DNA from: Octopus bimaculoides
Lineage: Eukaryota
Reading direction: 5' to 3'
Assembly: GCF_001194135.2 (NCBI RefSeq)
Contig: NC_068985.1
Location: 48,406,055 to 48,470,054 of the forward strand
DNA length: 64,000 nucleotides
This document shows, in pieces, positions 63,789-64,000 of this stretch. The notes beneath the pieces were generated by a model. It was given only the letters and a program-made list of their open reading frames with translations, did no database searches and had not been told where the DNA came from. The translations under genes were made by a program, and so were the position numbers. Position 1 is the first letter of the stretch; each line of letters opens with the position of its first letter.

Positions 63789-64000
63789 ACAAATGGAAAC
63801 ATAGTTTCATAGAAACAGACTTTTAAAATATCTGAAAGAACAACTTCTATACACAAATAACTTTCCAAATATCAATGTAGTTGTTGTATGATACGATGTG
63901 GTGTCATTCGAAATGCTGAATTAATGTATACATACATACATTTATATATGTATATATATGTATATACATTTATATATGTGTGTATGTATATATATATATA

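Noticed and set aside
1-64000. CRISPR array, rRNA, intact tRNA genes, operon-like or prokaryotic systems
   Set aside because: No repeat-spacer periodicity, no rRNA-like sequence, all tRNA-like boxes belong to SINE heads or fragments, and coding density is eukaryotic-intronic.

Overview
AT-rich, microsatellite-saturated eukaryotic DNA with 13 assembly gaps (roughly 4.5 kb of N). The SINE families and repeat landscape strongly resemble an Octopus (coleoid cephalopod) draft genome; this is inference, not a database hit. There is no CRISPR array, rRNA, intact tRNA gene or intact transposon, and almost every ORF in the supplied track is a microsatellite or gap artefact. Supported content: (i) about 14 copies of one tRNA-derived SINE (family A) plus at least five other SINE-like families; (ii) six fragments of R4/Dong-clade non-LTR retrotransposons (CCHC + restriction-like endonuclease), mostly sitting in (TAA)n-type tracts, plus a ~380-bp non-coding retroposon with the same target preference; (iii) a collapsed Tx1/L1-like element, CR1/L2-like and RTE remnants, three mariner remnants, and single Tc1, hAT and Helitron termini; (iv) sparse candidate exons. 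The exons suggest a minus-strand gene starting at 20053 beside an ETS/CRE-motif promoter candidate and possibly ending at 11685, a protein-like minus-strand terminal exon at 58318-58540 that the ORF track misses because it lacks an ATG, and weaker plus-strand mini-exons between them. I could not assign any gene symbol. I found no clear-cut novel system. The best leads are the TAA-targeted retroelement set, a SINE tail resembling a decayed Penelope-type hammerhead, shared SINE modules and the unidentified exons. Repeat boundaries are read by eye and approximate.
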